Program-made: the position numbers and the translations under genes
Part shown: one piece after another, positions 13,318-26,548 of the stretch
Position numbering within the stretch: the first letter of the stretch is position 1
How the letters are laid out: the number at the start of each line of letters is the position of its first letter
The notes under the pieces: model-generated
The model's database searches: none
What the model was told of the DNA's origin: nothing
The model's input: the letters and a program-made list of their open reading frames with translations, nothing else
Assembly (NCBI GenBank): GCA_951406725.2
Contig: OX597825.1
Location: forward strand, 77,190,001 to 77,254,000
Source of the DNA: Octopus vulgaris
Lineage: Eukaryota
Length of the DNA: 64,000 bases
Direction of reading: 5' to 3'

Positions 13318-13710
13318 GGGTGGGTAGTAGCTTGCTTACAAACCACATGGTTACGTGTTCAGTACCACTCCGTTGGCATCTTGGGCAGGTGTCTTCTACT
13401 ATAGCCGCGAGATGACCAAAGCCTTGTGAGTGGATTTGGTACACAGAAACTGCAAGAAGCTAGTCGTATATATATGTATATGCGTGTGTGAGTGTGTGTG
13501 TGTGTGTGTGTACGTGTACGTTTGTGTGTCTGTGTTTGTCGCCCACCATCGCTTCACAAACGATGTTGGCGTGTTTACATCACCGTAACTTAGCGGTTCG
13601 GCAAAAGAGACCGATAGAATAAGTACTAGGCTTACAAATAATAAGTCCTGGGGTCGATTTATTCGGATAAATGCGGTGCTCTAGCTTTGCCGCAGTCAAA
13701 TGAAACATAC
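13318..13710 (+). mobile_element. SINE A, near full length, head-to-head with the previous copy
   Basis: High similarity to 16646-17042. Confidence 0.9.
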
Positions 13711-13716
13711 AAAAGA

Positions 13717-13795
<79 letters not shown>

Positions 13796-13796
<1 letters not shown>

Positions 13797-14019
13797 TGTT
13801 GTGTCCGGAGAGAGTCATTTTCGTTGCGTCTTGTAACCTTTTCAATAGTCTTGACTCTGTCCATTATATACACTGCAGTGTAAATAACGGACAGAGTCAA
13901 GACTATTGAAAAGATCACAAGACACAACGAAAATTTTAGGAAAATAAAAATAAGTGGAAAAATAATAAGTGGTACATTATAAGGCGCAAAAAGAAAATGA
14001 CTCTCCCCAGGCACAACAG
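13796..14019. mobile_element. MITE-like element containing a 118-bp loopless palindrome
   Basis: Outer inverted repeat ctgttgtgtccggagagagtcattttc / gaaaatgactctccccaggcacaacag; inner arms 13817-13875 and 13876-13934. Confidence 0.75.
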
Positions 14020-14898
14020 AATATGTTTCAACACACGAACTCATATCAAGAATCTTGCAAAACAAATCCAAAAACGAAATATATATATATATACAATATA
14101 TATATGTATATATACAAAAATGGACAGATAGATAGATGGTGGAAGAAGGTTATTGTGATCAATTTGAGACAAAGCTTTTTCGATAAGAATAAACTTTTGA
14201 TAACATTATCGGTGATTAAGTTGCTGTTATTGGATGTGTGCTAATGTGTGTTGTGTGCGTGTGTGTGCGTGTGTATGTGTGTGTGTGTGTGTGCGCTCGT
14301 GTGAGTATGTATATACATATATGTATGTGTGTGTGCTGTGTGTATATATGTTTCAGTGTGGGCGTTTATTCATATATGTATGTTCAATATATATGTCATA
14401 TTTATATTTATATATGTAAAACTAATTCATCATTTTGACAGCTGATAATTAACATTTTAATTACTACCCCTTGTTCATAAACCACTTCATCCACCACCAA
14501 ATACGCACAAAACCCAATATAGCCCCCATCACTCCGTTAACCACAAACAGTCACTCACACATACACACACACACAAACACACACATACACACACACATTC
14601 ACAGACGCACACACCCACAGAACAGCAACATCTAACCACCACACACTTCTCTTTCCAAAGTTCATTATAAATATTTCCATTAATTTATCCATTTCCCTAT
14701 AATCACCACCACACTTCAGCCAAACCACCAAGCCACCAGACCCTCAAAAACCGCCACGCCCAACACTTACCCTCAAATCTGGACTCTCAGAAGTGGACCA
14801 GATGTAACGAAACATTCAATGTTATTGGTTTGACGTAATAGATGTATTCCTTATGTATAGTTTTATTTCTGTTTATTTTTTGCTCCTTCAGATGCCAT

Positions 14899-15320
<422 letters not shown>

Positions 15321-15527
15321 GTTGTTATAGTTGTTGATCTAGTCGCAAACATAATCATTATTACATTTTAGTTAGTAACTTGCAATGGGATTGTCTTTAT
15401 ATATATTTTTATATATATTTTTCCTTTTGCTCTTATTTCCTTATTTCGGAGGAATTTTACAGATTACGACTGTCTGTCTGTCTTTTTTCTCTCCCTCATT
15501 TGCTCATCAGAGAATTTCTATATATTC

Positions 15528-15610
<83 letters not shown>

Positions 15611-16008
15611 GTGTTTGTATGCATGTATGTTCATAAACACTCAAAACGGGAAGCAATTTACGTAATTTCCCACAAGATGGTACTTCAAGAACAAACAAAC
15701 ATAAAAATTAGATAAACTGTCATCATTTTTGAACAAAACGAACAGAATTGATGACAATAGCAGCTAAACAAACAAGGACTGACGAGACGAGATAGATAAA
15801 TCCGCAGAAGGACAAAAGGAACTAGAAAAAAGGATGGAGAAGATGAAGAAGACGAGTGATGGACTTCGATTATTCCTTTGTTTTTCTCATTGATTCTTCA
15901 ATAGTAATTACCAATTAACCGTCATTTCCTCTTTAAAATGCTCACACTTTTATTTCAATCTTTGCTTTCTCTCATCGCAAATCGATATAAGAAATTTAAT
16001 TTCTAACC

Positions 16009-16090
<82 letters not shown>

Positions 16091-16587
16091 GTAATATTTA
16101 ATAATGTAATTTTGTCGGTCTATTAGACAACTACTACCATATTTAACGTGCTTGTATATGTATAATTATATATATATGTGTGTGTGTATGTGTGTGTATG
16201 CACGTGTGTGTGAGTGTGTATATGTATGTGTATACGCGCGCGCAAGTTTGAGTGCGTGGGCGTATGCCGAAACTCTCAAACCTCGAGTCACTTTCCAACT
16301 GTTTCGAAACTGGTTTGTGATTGATCTTTATATTTTGTATCTTTTCATTTGTCTTACTCGCTTACGTTCTGACGTTTGCTAAATTTCCTTTTAGAACATT
16401 CCTTTCTTAGTGGTAAGACCATAGGAGGTCGACGTACAGTATAATGGATGTCCACTTAGTGGTCATCTCGCTTATATGTATGTTATATAATTTTTCTAAA
16501 TCTTCAGATTTTTCTATATGCTAGACCACAGGTTTTAAATTGATATTAATCAAATTAATATTCAATTTCTTACTTTACCCTATACTT

Positions 16588-16640
<53 letters not shown>

Positions 16641-16645
16641 GTATA

Positions 16646-17041
16646 GGCGCAGGAGTGGCTGTGTGTTAAGTAACTTGTTTACCAGCCACATGGTTCCGGG
16701 TTCAGACCCACTGCATGGCACCTTGGGCAAGTGTCTTCTACTATAGCCTCGGGCCGATCAAAGCCTTGTGAGTGGATTTGGTAGACGGAAACTGAAAGAA
16801 GCCCGTCGTATATATGTATATATATATATGCGTGTGTGTGTTTGTGTGTCTGTGTTTGTCCCCCTAGCATTGCTTGACAACCGATGCTAGTGTGTTTATG
16901 TCCCCGTTACTTAGTGGTTCGGCAAAAGAGACCGATAGAATAAGTACTGGGCTTACAAAAGAATAAGTCCCGGCTCGATTAAAGGCGGTGCTCCAGCATG
17001 GCCGCTGTCAGATGACTGAAACAAGTAAAAGAGAGTAAAGA

Positions 17042-17042
<1 letters not shown>
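16646..17042 (+). mobile_element. SINE A reference copy: tRNA-like head, CORE-like ccttgggcaagt segment, internal TA/TG microsatellite, purine-rich tail
   Basis: A-box-like TGGCTGTGTG, B-box-like GGTTCAGACCC; many homologous copies in the window. Confidence 0.92.
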
Positions 17043-17087
<45 letters not shown>

Positions 17088-17115
17088 ATTTGTGTATATA
17101 TATATATATATATAT

Positions 17116-17210
<95 letters not shown>

Positions 17211-17514
17211 TGTATGTATGTATGTATGTATGTATGCATGTATGTATGCATGTATACATATATAACAAGTAGAAATATAATATTTTTTCAGCACGTAAAA
17301 ACTGAAGACTATATATAAAGGATAAAATCCTTTTAAGAGCAGAAAAGAGCTGGTTGCCGGCGAATTTCTCAGCTCTTAAAAGGATTTTATCCTTTATATA
17401 TGCCATTCAGCTGCTTATTCTACAATAAATATTAATTCTTTGATAACAAACTTATATTTGTTTACAAATGATGTAATATATATATATATATATATATTTA
17501 TACTTATACATATG

Positions 17515-18781
17515 CAGGGTGCGATGGGTAAATTATTGCCATTTTGTAGTTTTTATTTCGCGCATGTAAATTGTTTGTTTTTTATTTTGTCGATTACACA
17601 GTATAGTAGGTTCAGCTGGGCACCGTCTATGAGAAAAACATTTCTACGACGCAATTCACTCTGCCAAAAAAGTTTGGAAACGACATGCTGTACTGCTTGG
17701 CAATCATGCCGGAAGCTATAATATGAATATTTCAGAGTGTTTGGGTGTCAATTTGTGGACAGTGCAAAGGATTCGAAAAGAGTTGGATGAGTCTAATTGT
17801 GATTACTGAGGTACGGTAGCTCGGAAACATCACTCTGGTCGTTCTGATAAGAAAAGAAACTCCTGAAGCTTTTGGTGAGTTCCAAGCCAAGATTGACAAT
17901 GATCCCTCCAAGCCAATCAGCTCCATCGCCTGAGACATAGGATAGTCTGAGTTTCTTATCAGGCTCGTAGTGAATGAAGACATGCAGTATTCCTCATACA
18001 AGATGAGGAAAATACAGTTTTACCTCAAGAACAAAAGGAGAGATCGCGCTACGAATCTTTTGAACAAACTCAATTATCCCCTCCAAACGAACATGCTTTG
18101 GTTATCTCAAACGAGAAAATTTTCTGATAGGATCAGATGGGAACCGTTGGCTTGCCGTGTCCCCAAAATATGCACCGAGAGTGTTAAAAATCAAACACCC
18201 ATCCAACATTATGGTGTTTAGAGTAATCACTAGTGATGGCGTCGTTATACTTCCATTCATCTTCCCACATAGCCTCAGATTCAACACGGAGTTCTACATC
18301 AAGTGCCTGGAAGAGATGTTGCTGCCCTGCCGGAAGAAACTTAGTCTAGCAACAGGACTCAGCGCCATATCACAGAAGAAGGAGAACCCAGTCACGACTG
18401 TTAGACAACTTCTGCGACCACACCACCCCTAACATCTGGCTACAAAACTCCCCAGACTGCAACCCCCTTGATTATTATGTGTGGGGCGCAGTTGAACGAG
18501 AGACCAACAAAACGTCTTGTAACACCAAAGAAGAACTGAAGGCAAGGATTATAGCAGCATTCACCAACTTAAACAAGGAGACTGTCCAGAAGAGTTGCAG
18601 GAGATTCCGAAGTCATATGGAGGTCGTGGTTGGAGCCAATGGGGATTTTACTGAATGAATTTACTGCTTGGCATTCCAAGATATTTTTATGTAATTTTGG
18701 TAAATATATCTGTTGAAATGAGATGTCAGTATTATTTTCATTTTTGCGTAATTTAGACGACAATTTATTCACCGCACCCTG
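17515..18781 (+). mobile_element. Tc1/mariner superfamily, maT (DD37D) transposon with pseudogenised transposase
   Basis: Imperfect TIRs cagggtgcgatgggtaaatt / aatttattcaccgcaccctg+TA; QQDSAP...SPDCNPLDYYVWG has 37 residues between the 2nd and 3rd catalytic Asp; frameshifts and stops. Confidence 0.9.
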
Positions 18782-18804
18782 TATATGCATATATGAGCAT
18801 ATGC

Positions 18805-18877
<73 letters not shown>

Positions 18878-19004
18878 CAGGTATACAAACATATACATAT
18901 CTATATGCCAAGGTAGTTGAACAAGCGTAAAAGTATAATAAACTAGATTGCATCTCTAGTATATACTTACCGAGTTAGACACGATAGCACAATAGACGCG
19001 GAAA

Positions 19005-19070
<66 letters not shown>

Positions 19071-19610
19071 ATATATATGCAAACATACCAACATGTATAT
19101 ATCTGTGTATGTGTTTATATGTTTATATATATATATATATATATGCACACACACACATGTATATATATATATATATATGAATGTATATATGTGTGAGTGT
19201 GTATAAATGTATGGAGAGAAAGAGAATGGGAGTGATAGTGAGTGAGGAAGAGTGAAAGGTGGAGAGGAAATGTGCTGGCCCAAAGATGATGGAATCAATC
19301 GAATTGGATGAGTAGGTACACTGATGTCTTCCAGGCAACGAAAGAATAAAGCCATAATTTTATAACATGATTACAATTTAAAGAATACACATTCGGTATG
19401 GCAGGGCATACGGAGAAGAAGAGCGGGGGAAGGGCCTAGGTTGTAAGAGAGGAGGAAAGAGAGAGAGAGAAGAGAGGAGAGAGGGGGGAGTCATTAAGTG
19501 TCGAAATGGTAACGACGTCAACAAAACCGAAACTTATTGACAATAATCACAGCAGGAAAAGCACAAGAGCAAAGACAGCGGACAAAGACACTAAGAAGCA
19601 CAGACGGGAA

Positions 19611-20075
19611 TACATACATACATACATACATACATACATACATACATACATACATACATACATACATACATACATACATACATACATACATACATACATA
19701 CACATATACATACATACATACATACATACATACATACATACATACATACATACATACATGCGTATATGCATACATTCATACATATATACATACATACGTA
19801 CATATATACATACATACATATATATATACATTCATACATACAAACATACATGCATACATACATACATGCATACGTACATACATACATATATACATACATA
19901 CATACATACATACATACATACATACATACATGCATACGTACATACATACATACATACATACATACATGCATACATACATACATACATACATACATACATA
20001 CATACATGCATACATCATTCATACATACATACATACATACATACGTACATACATACATACATACATACATACATA
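19611..20075. repeat. (TACA)n tetranucleotide array
   Basis: Direct inspection. Confidence 0.95.
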
Positions 20076-20124
20076 GACGCTCACACGCGCATTCACACAC
20101 ACACACACACACATACACGGACAT

Positions 20125-20184
<60 letters not shown>

Positions 20185-20549
20185 ACCTCGGCAACTTTTA
20201 TGATTTGTCTGCGCGGCATTCATGGTGGAATTTATTGTTAAAAATGTTGAAGTAGAATGAATTATCGAGCAGTAGTAGCAACAGCAACAACTGCAACAAC
20301 AACAACAAGAAGAAAAGAAGAAGCAGTAGTAGCCGCAGCAGCAGCAGCGAGAGCAGCGCAACAGCGGCAACAGTAATGAGACTTTCTGTTGTGTTGAAAG
20401 TTGTTTATTTCTTGTAGAAGAATGTACTGGGATAATGGCTGCCAGCTAGGACAGAAGACAACACTATTAGAAATGACCAGCAGAGGATAATTAACTGCGG
20501 AATACACTGCCATCACCACCACCACCACTTCCAAATCCACCGCTCCCGT

Positions 20550-20553
20550 CACG

Positions 20554-20606
<53 letters not shown>

Positions 20607-20946
20607 AACTACTACTACTAGTAGTAGTACTACCACCACCACCACCACTACCACTACTACTACTACTACCACCACCACCACCACCACTACTACCACTACT
20701 ACTACTACTACTAATACTACTACTACTACTACCACCACCACCACCACCACTACTACCACTACTACTACTACTACTACTAATACTACTACTACTACTACCA
20801 CCACAACTACCACTACTACTACTACGACTACTACTACTACTACCACCACGACTACCACTACCACCACTACTACTACTACTACTACCACCACTACCACTAC
20901 CACCACTACTACTACTACTACTACCACCACCACCACCACCACCACC

Positions 20947-20984
<38 letters not shown>

Positions 20985-20985
20985 A
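20550..20985. repeat. (ACT)n/(ACC)n compound array
   Basis: Direct inspection; explains the poly-V ORF. Confidence 0.95.
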
Positions 20986-21247
20986 AGATCAATATAGAAA
21001 AATTAAATAGTACCACTTCCATTTTTTATTCAGTTTTAAATAAATTGATTTTTACTTTGCAATAATGTAATTTGTTGATAATTTTAAAACAAAATAATCA
21101 CCAGTATTGGTTGTAATAATTATTACGTAATGACTGAATTGGTACAGTCGTAGGAAGCGAGAAAAAAAATTGAGTTGTTTAATTTGGTCAATCTTTGATT
21201 CTGCGTTCGTATCCTCTCTCCAAATCTGTTTTGTACGTAGCATCTTT

Positions 21248-21481
21248 AAGGCGGCGAGCTGGCAGAAACGTTAGCACGCCGGGCGAAATGCTTTGCGGTA
21301 TTTCGTCTGCCGTTACGTTCTGAGTTCAAATTCCGCCGAGGTCGACTTTGCCTTTCATCCTTTCGGGGTCGATTAAATAAGTACCAGTTACGCACTGGAG
21401 TCGATATAATCGAGTTAATCTGATTGTCTGTCCTTGTTTGTCCTCTCTGTGTTTAGCCCCTTGTGGGTAGTAAAGAAATAG
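21248..21481 (+). mobile_element. Full-length SINE B (B1 tail) with 15-bp TSD
   Basis: Head with TGGCAGAAACG and GTTCAAATTCC boxes; TSD GTAC(G/T)TAGCATCTTT at 21233-21247 and 21482-21496. Confidence 0.92.
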
Positions 21482-21893
21482 GTACTTAGCATCTTTCTCT
21501 TTCTTTTTTTTTTTCAATCACTTCGTATTCCATCATCTTAACAAATGGTGTTCTTTAAACCGTTCGTTTTCTTGGATTATTTTTATTTTATTTTCAGGCG
21601 GAAATTCTCTACTCGGTAGTTTTGCATATTTTAGATATTTGCATAAGTTGGTTTGTGATAAAATCTAAATGTGGTGCTTCGAAGCTCTCAACCCATGTTC
21701 CACTGATAGAGATTGAATTCACTTCATACGCCAAGCGGAATTAATTCAATCTAATTTAACTTATAATCCCAAATCTAAATGTGAATATTAAGTCTCTCAA
21801 TGCAAGTCGCACCCACATAGAGTGGATGTACCTTTTACAACTATTTAACTTACTTTAGCTTATATCATAAATCTATAGGTGTTAATTTGAATC

Positions 21894-21933
<40 letters not shown>

Positions 21934-21987
21934 AACATATATATACATATATATATGTATATATACATATATACATACATATATACT

Positions 21988-22019
<32 letters not shown>

Positions 22020-22021
<2 letters not shown>

Positions 22022-22369
22022 TAATAAATATTAGGGAATAAATCCAAACTTACAGGGAAAAATCAGATTTAGGATTGAATCCAATTTTATAGTAAAATAT
22101 TATATTATATTAAATTAGAGACAAAACCACTATTAGGCAAATCAGTCATTCATCAGGTGGTTTAAATATTTTTCTTGGCGAGGTTTAAACAAAAATTTGC
22201 GACTCAAAAATTTGAAGACAGCAGGCATGAAACGATCGTAGTGTGATATTAATTATATTTTTTAATAATTTTGTTACATATTTAAATAATATAAATTAAT
22301 CATATGTATTGGCTTAAGTTTTTCATTGTTTGATTTGCTTAATAGTGGTTTTGTCTCTAATTTAATATA

Positions 22370-22374
<5 letters not shown>
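22020..22374. mobile_element. Penelope-LTR-like element with 44-bp inverted repeats and a split hammerhead motif, inserted in (TA)n
   Basis: Inverted repeat 22101-22144 / 22331-22374 (1 mismatch); CTGATGA on minus at 22150-22156; GAAACGATCGTA on plus at 22229-22240. Confidence 0.65.
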
Positions 22375-22431
<57 letters not shown>

Positions 22432-22436
<5 letters not shown>

Positions 22437-22590
22437 GAATTTACAAAAAAAAAACAAAAGACGAGGACGGGTGTGTAAACAACAAACAGATGTATTAGTT
22501 TAACGCCCGGGAAGTGAGAAAGTCTCTTACGTTTCGAGCTTACGCTCTTCAACAGAAAGGAACACAAAAATAAACAGGGAGAGAACATAG
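22432..22590 (-). mobile_element. Hammerhead-like repeat, copy 4
   Basis: Reverse complement of 22524-22559 is CTTT CTGTTGA A GAGC GTAA GCTC GAAA CGTA AGAG. Confidence 0.8.
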
Positions 22591-22841
22591 AATATATATA
22601 CATCGCTTAGGCATAGCAAGACTAATAACCCGGTGTAGAGTTCAATATACGTATAGTCTGGAACACAATGTTACATCAATGTAGAATGGTAATACAAAGA
22701 GACGACTCCGAAAAAGTCAGATGTTACGTAATGAACTTCATTACCTTACAGCTCTTTCTGGTATAAGATGTGGTGGACTCTTAGTTGAGTATCAGGATAT
22801 CATCCAATACCTTCATCATATGTGTGTGTGGAAGATGTATA

Positions 22842-23725
22842 CGAGGTCTGACCAATAAGTATCTGGACTGTTGCCATAGTGAAGAAGCTAAATCATGTAG
22901 AGTGAAACAGCTCGGTAAAGATTGACCTTGAACTCTGCTGTGCATGACCACTAAGTTTTAATGATCTAGCTCACTTCAGTTGTTTACAGCAGTGCTTGGA
23001 TGGAAGGTGTGTAGCGTGTGATCATTGCATTGACTATGACAGAAAGTTCTCATGGCGATACCTGCTCAGAGGCTTACGCAAAGTTACAGAAAGGGTATGG
23101 AGAGGAGTGTAGGAGCCGCACACAGGTGTACGAGTGGTTCAGACGTTCCCAAGATGTCCGAAAAAACGTCGATATTGACGAACGTGCTGGGAGACCCGCA
23201 ACCAGCAGATCAGAAAAAGCATCGCAGTTGTGCGTGCAGCTGTGGGGGGGAAATCGTCAATCACCATTTGTGAATTATCAGAGGATGTGCAGATTAGTTA
23301 TGGTTCTGTTCTGTCCATTATCACAGAAGATTTGGGTATGAAACGCGTGTCTGCCAAGTTTGTACCAAAACTGCTTTCAGCTGACAAAGAGAACATTCGG
23401 GATTTAGAGCCACAAGATCTCTTTGATTCTGTCGAGAACGATAAAAACTTCGCATAGGCCTCTGAACAGGTATCGCCAAGCTATTGGCAAAATTTGAGGC
23501 AGATTCTTTGCTCAACTTTCTTTCTCATGGTTCAATGCGACGATCACGCACCACACACCTTCCTTCCACGTACTGCTGTAAACAACGGAAGTAAGCTAGG
23601 ACTTAGTGGAAGTAAGGTAAACGACATACACGTAGCAGAGTTCGAGGTTAATCTTTGCCAAGCGGCTTCACTCTGCAAGCTTTAGCTGTATGGCAACAGT
23701 CCGGATACTTATTGATCAGACCACG
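22842..23725 (+). mobile_element. Internally deleted mariner element
   Basis: About 37-bp TIRs (cgaggtctgaccaataagtatctggactgttgccata); HTH peptide YGEECRSRTQVYEWFRR...RAGRP and linker VSAKFVPKLL; catalytic domain missing. Confidence 0.9.
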
Positions 23726-23747
23726 GATATATATGAAAGAAATATAA

Positions 23748-23801
<54 letters not shown>

Positions 23802-24324
23802 GATAGATAGAGAGAGAAATGAGTAGGTATGTATGTAGGTAGCTAGATATGTATGTAGGTATGTAGGTAGGTAGGTAGATAGATAGGTAGGTAGGTAGAT
23901 AGGTAGGTAGGTAGGTAGGTAGGTAGGTAGGTATGTAGGTAGGTAGATACGTACGTACGTATGTATGTAGGTACGCAGGTGCGTAGTTGCGTAGGTAGGT
24001 ACGTAGGCACGTACGTAGGTAGATAATTCCGTGCATGCCAGGCCGTGACACATTTTGCAAAGTTTCAGCGTTTTAAAAATATATTTCTACACATGCATTG
24101 AATTCTATATTGTGTTGCACCAAGTCTATCCGTCGCTCTTTCCATCCTCTCTCCTCTCTTTCTTTACCTCTATGCATCCAATGCACATGTGCACACACAT
24201 ACACACAAACACACACATACACACACACACATACACACACACAAACACACCATGCACCTTTCAGCACTTTTAAATTGTATATATTATACATATATGTGTG
24301 TATATATGTATGCATATGTGTATA

Positions 24325-24359
<35 letters not shown>

Positions 24360-24436
24360 ATATATATTTATATATATTTAGTGAAGGGAAGAAATGGAGC
24401 TGAACGAAGATTCTACATAATTCCCATTCTACATAA

Positions 24437-24531
<95 letters not shown>

Positions 24532-24556
24532 TATATACACATATGCATACATATAT

Positions 24557-24666
<110 letters not shown>

Positions 24667-25394
24667 TATATTATATTCTTTTGTGTGCGTTTGTGTGTGC
24701 ATGTGTATGTCTGCGTGTGTGTGTATGTGTGTGTGTGCGTGTGTGTGTGTGTATGAGAGGAGTGTGTGTGAGTGTGTGTGTGTGCGTGTGTGTGTGTGTA
24801 TGAGAGAGAGGAGTGTGTATTTGTGTGTGCGTGTGTGTATGTGTGCGTGTGCGTGTGTGTATGAGAGAGAGGAGTGAGTGTGCGTGTGTGCGTGTGTGTG
24901 TATGTGTGTCTTGGGGAGTTAATCTTCTGTAAACAATTACATTTTTGTGAATCAATTCCGCAAGATGGCGATGTTACGATTTTTCAAGAGGTTTCTCTCC
25001 AACCATTCCAGAGAAAAAACTGCCTGCAACTAAATTCTTTCTTATTATTATATAATTAGACGGAGCAAGAAAACCATCCAAATTCTTCTCTCTTGGCACC
25101 AAATAAAAATTCTCCTTTTCTACTGTTTTCCATTGTATTCCATGTCAAGGAGCAACAACAAAAGCGATTTTGACAGCAACGTTAACAACGCCAACATCAC
25201 CAACGACGACAACGACGACGACCTCATTGTCATCGTCGTCGTCGTCCTCGTCGGCGGCGGCGGTGGCGGTGGTGGTATAATGGTAACAACAAGCACAACA
25301 ACATCAACAATAACAACAACTAACGCCGAAAGTAAAATCGGCGACAACAACTGTAATATCAACGGCATCAACAACAATATTAGACGATAGAACT

Positions 25395-25552
25395 GGTTTC
25401 AAATTTTGCCAAAAAAAGGGGGCCAGTAATGTCTGTGGGCGGGGGTGGGAGGAGCTAGTTGATTACATCGGCCCCTGTGTCCGACTGGTACTTATCTTGT
25501 CGATTCCGATAGGATTGTAGGCAAAGTCGACATTGGCGGGATTTGAACTGCG
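25395..25552 (-). mobile_element. Degenerate SINE B
   Basis: gattacatcggcccc...ctggtactta...ggcaaagtcgac...atttgaact. Confidence 0.75.
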
Positions 25553-25559
25553 ACTGTTG

Positions 25560-25667
25560 ATAATGATAATAATGATAATAATGATAATAATAATAATAAT
25601 AATAATAATGATGATGATGATGATGATAATAATAATGATGATGATGATGATGATAATAATAATGATG

Positions 25668-25745
<78 letters not shown>

Positions 25746-25791
25746 TAATAATAATAATAATAATAATAATGATAATAATAATAATAAAAGC

Positions 25792-25852
<61 letters not shown>

Positions 25853-25880
25853 TTGATGATGATAATAATAATAATAATTA
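25560..25880. repeat. (TAA)n/(TGA)n array
   Basis: Direct inspection. Confidence 0.95.
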
Positions 25881-26117
25881 GTACATGGAACAAAAAGGGG
25901 CTGTAATAAGAGTGGAGTACTTGCAGAAAAAAGCACTGCTTGGACCCGCTCCAATACTACGGATGATGTTCGGAAAACAAAGGGTGTTACCTTAGTTTAC
26001 TGGTATTGAACAGCTGACACCGTAGTACATGTCCAGCGTTAGAAGCCTTGCAAAAACAATAAAATAATATTGATAATAATAATAACAACATCAACAATAA
26101 TAATAAATACAACAACA

Positions 26118-26518
26118 ATCCTTTCTCTTATAGGCACAAGGCTTGAAATTCGGAGAAGCGCGGGATAGTCGATTACATCGACCCCCGTACTCAACTGCTA
26201 TTTAATTTATCAACCCCGAAACGATGAAAGGCAAAGTCGACCTCGGCGAAATTTGAACTCTGAACGTAGTGAAAGGCGAAATACCTATTTCTTTACTACC
26301 CACAATGGGCTAAACACAGAGAGGACAAACAAGGACAGACAAACGGATTAAGTCGATTATATCGACCACAGTGCGTAACTGGTACTTATTTGATCGACCC
26401 CGAAAGGATGAAAGGCAAAGTCGACCTCGGCGAAATTTGAACTCAGAACATAGTGAAAGGCGAAATACTGCTAAGCATTGCGTCCAGCGTGCAAACGGTT
26501 CTGCCAGCTTACCGCCTT
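26118..26518 (-). mobile_element. Composite SINE B: a B1-tailed copy nested in the head of a B2-tailed copy
   Basis: Duplicated host sequence tagtgaaaggcgaaatac at 26267-26284 and 26451-26468 flanks the B1 body and tail. Confidence 0.85.
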
Positions 26519-26548
26519 ATTATATAATGATAATGATAATAATAATAA

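Noticed and set aside
14751-14838. GC box, CCAAT and CRE-like motif cluster as a promoter
   Set aside because: Short motifs are expected by chance, and no adjacent exon was found
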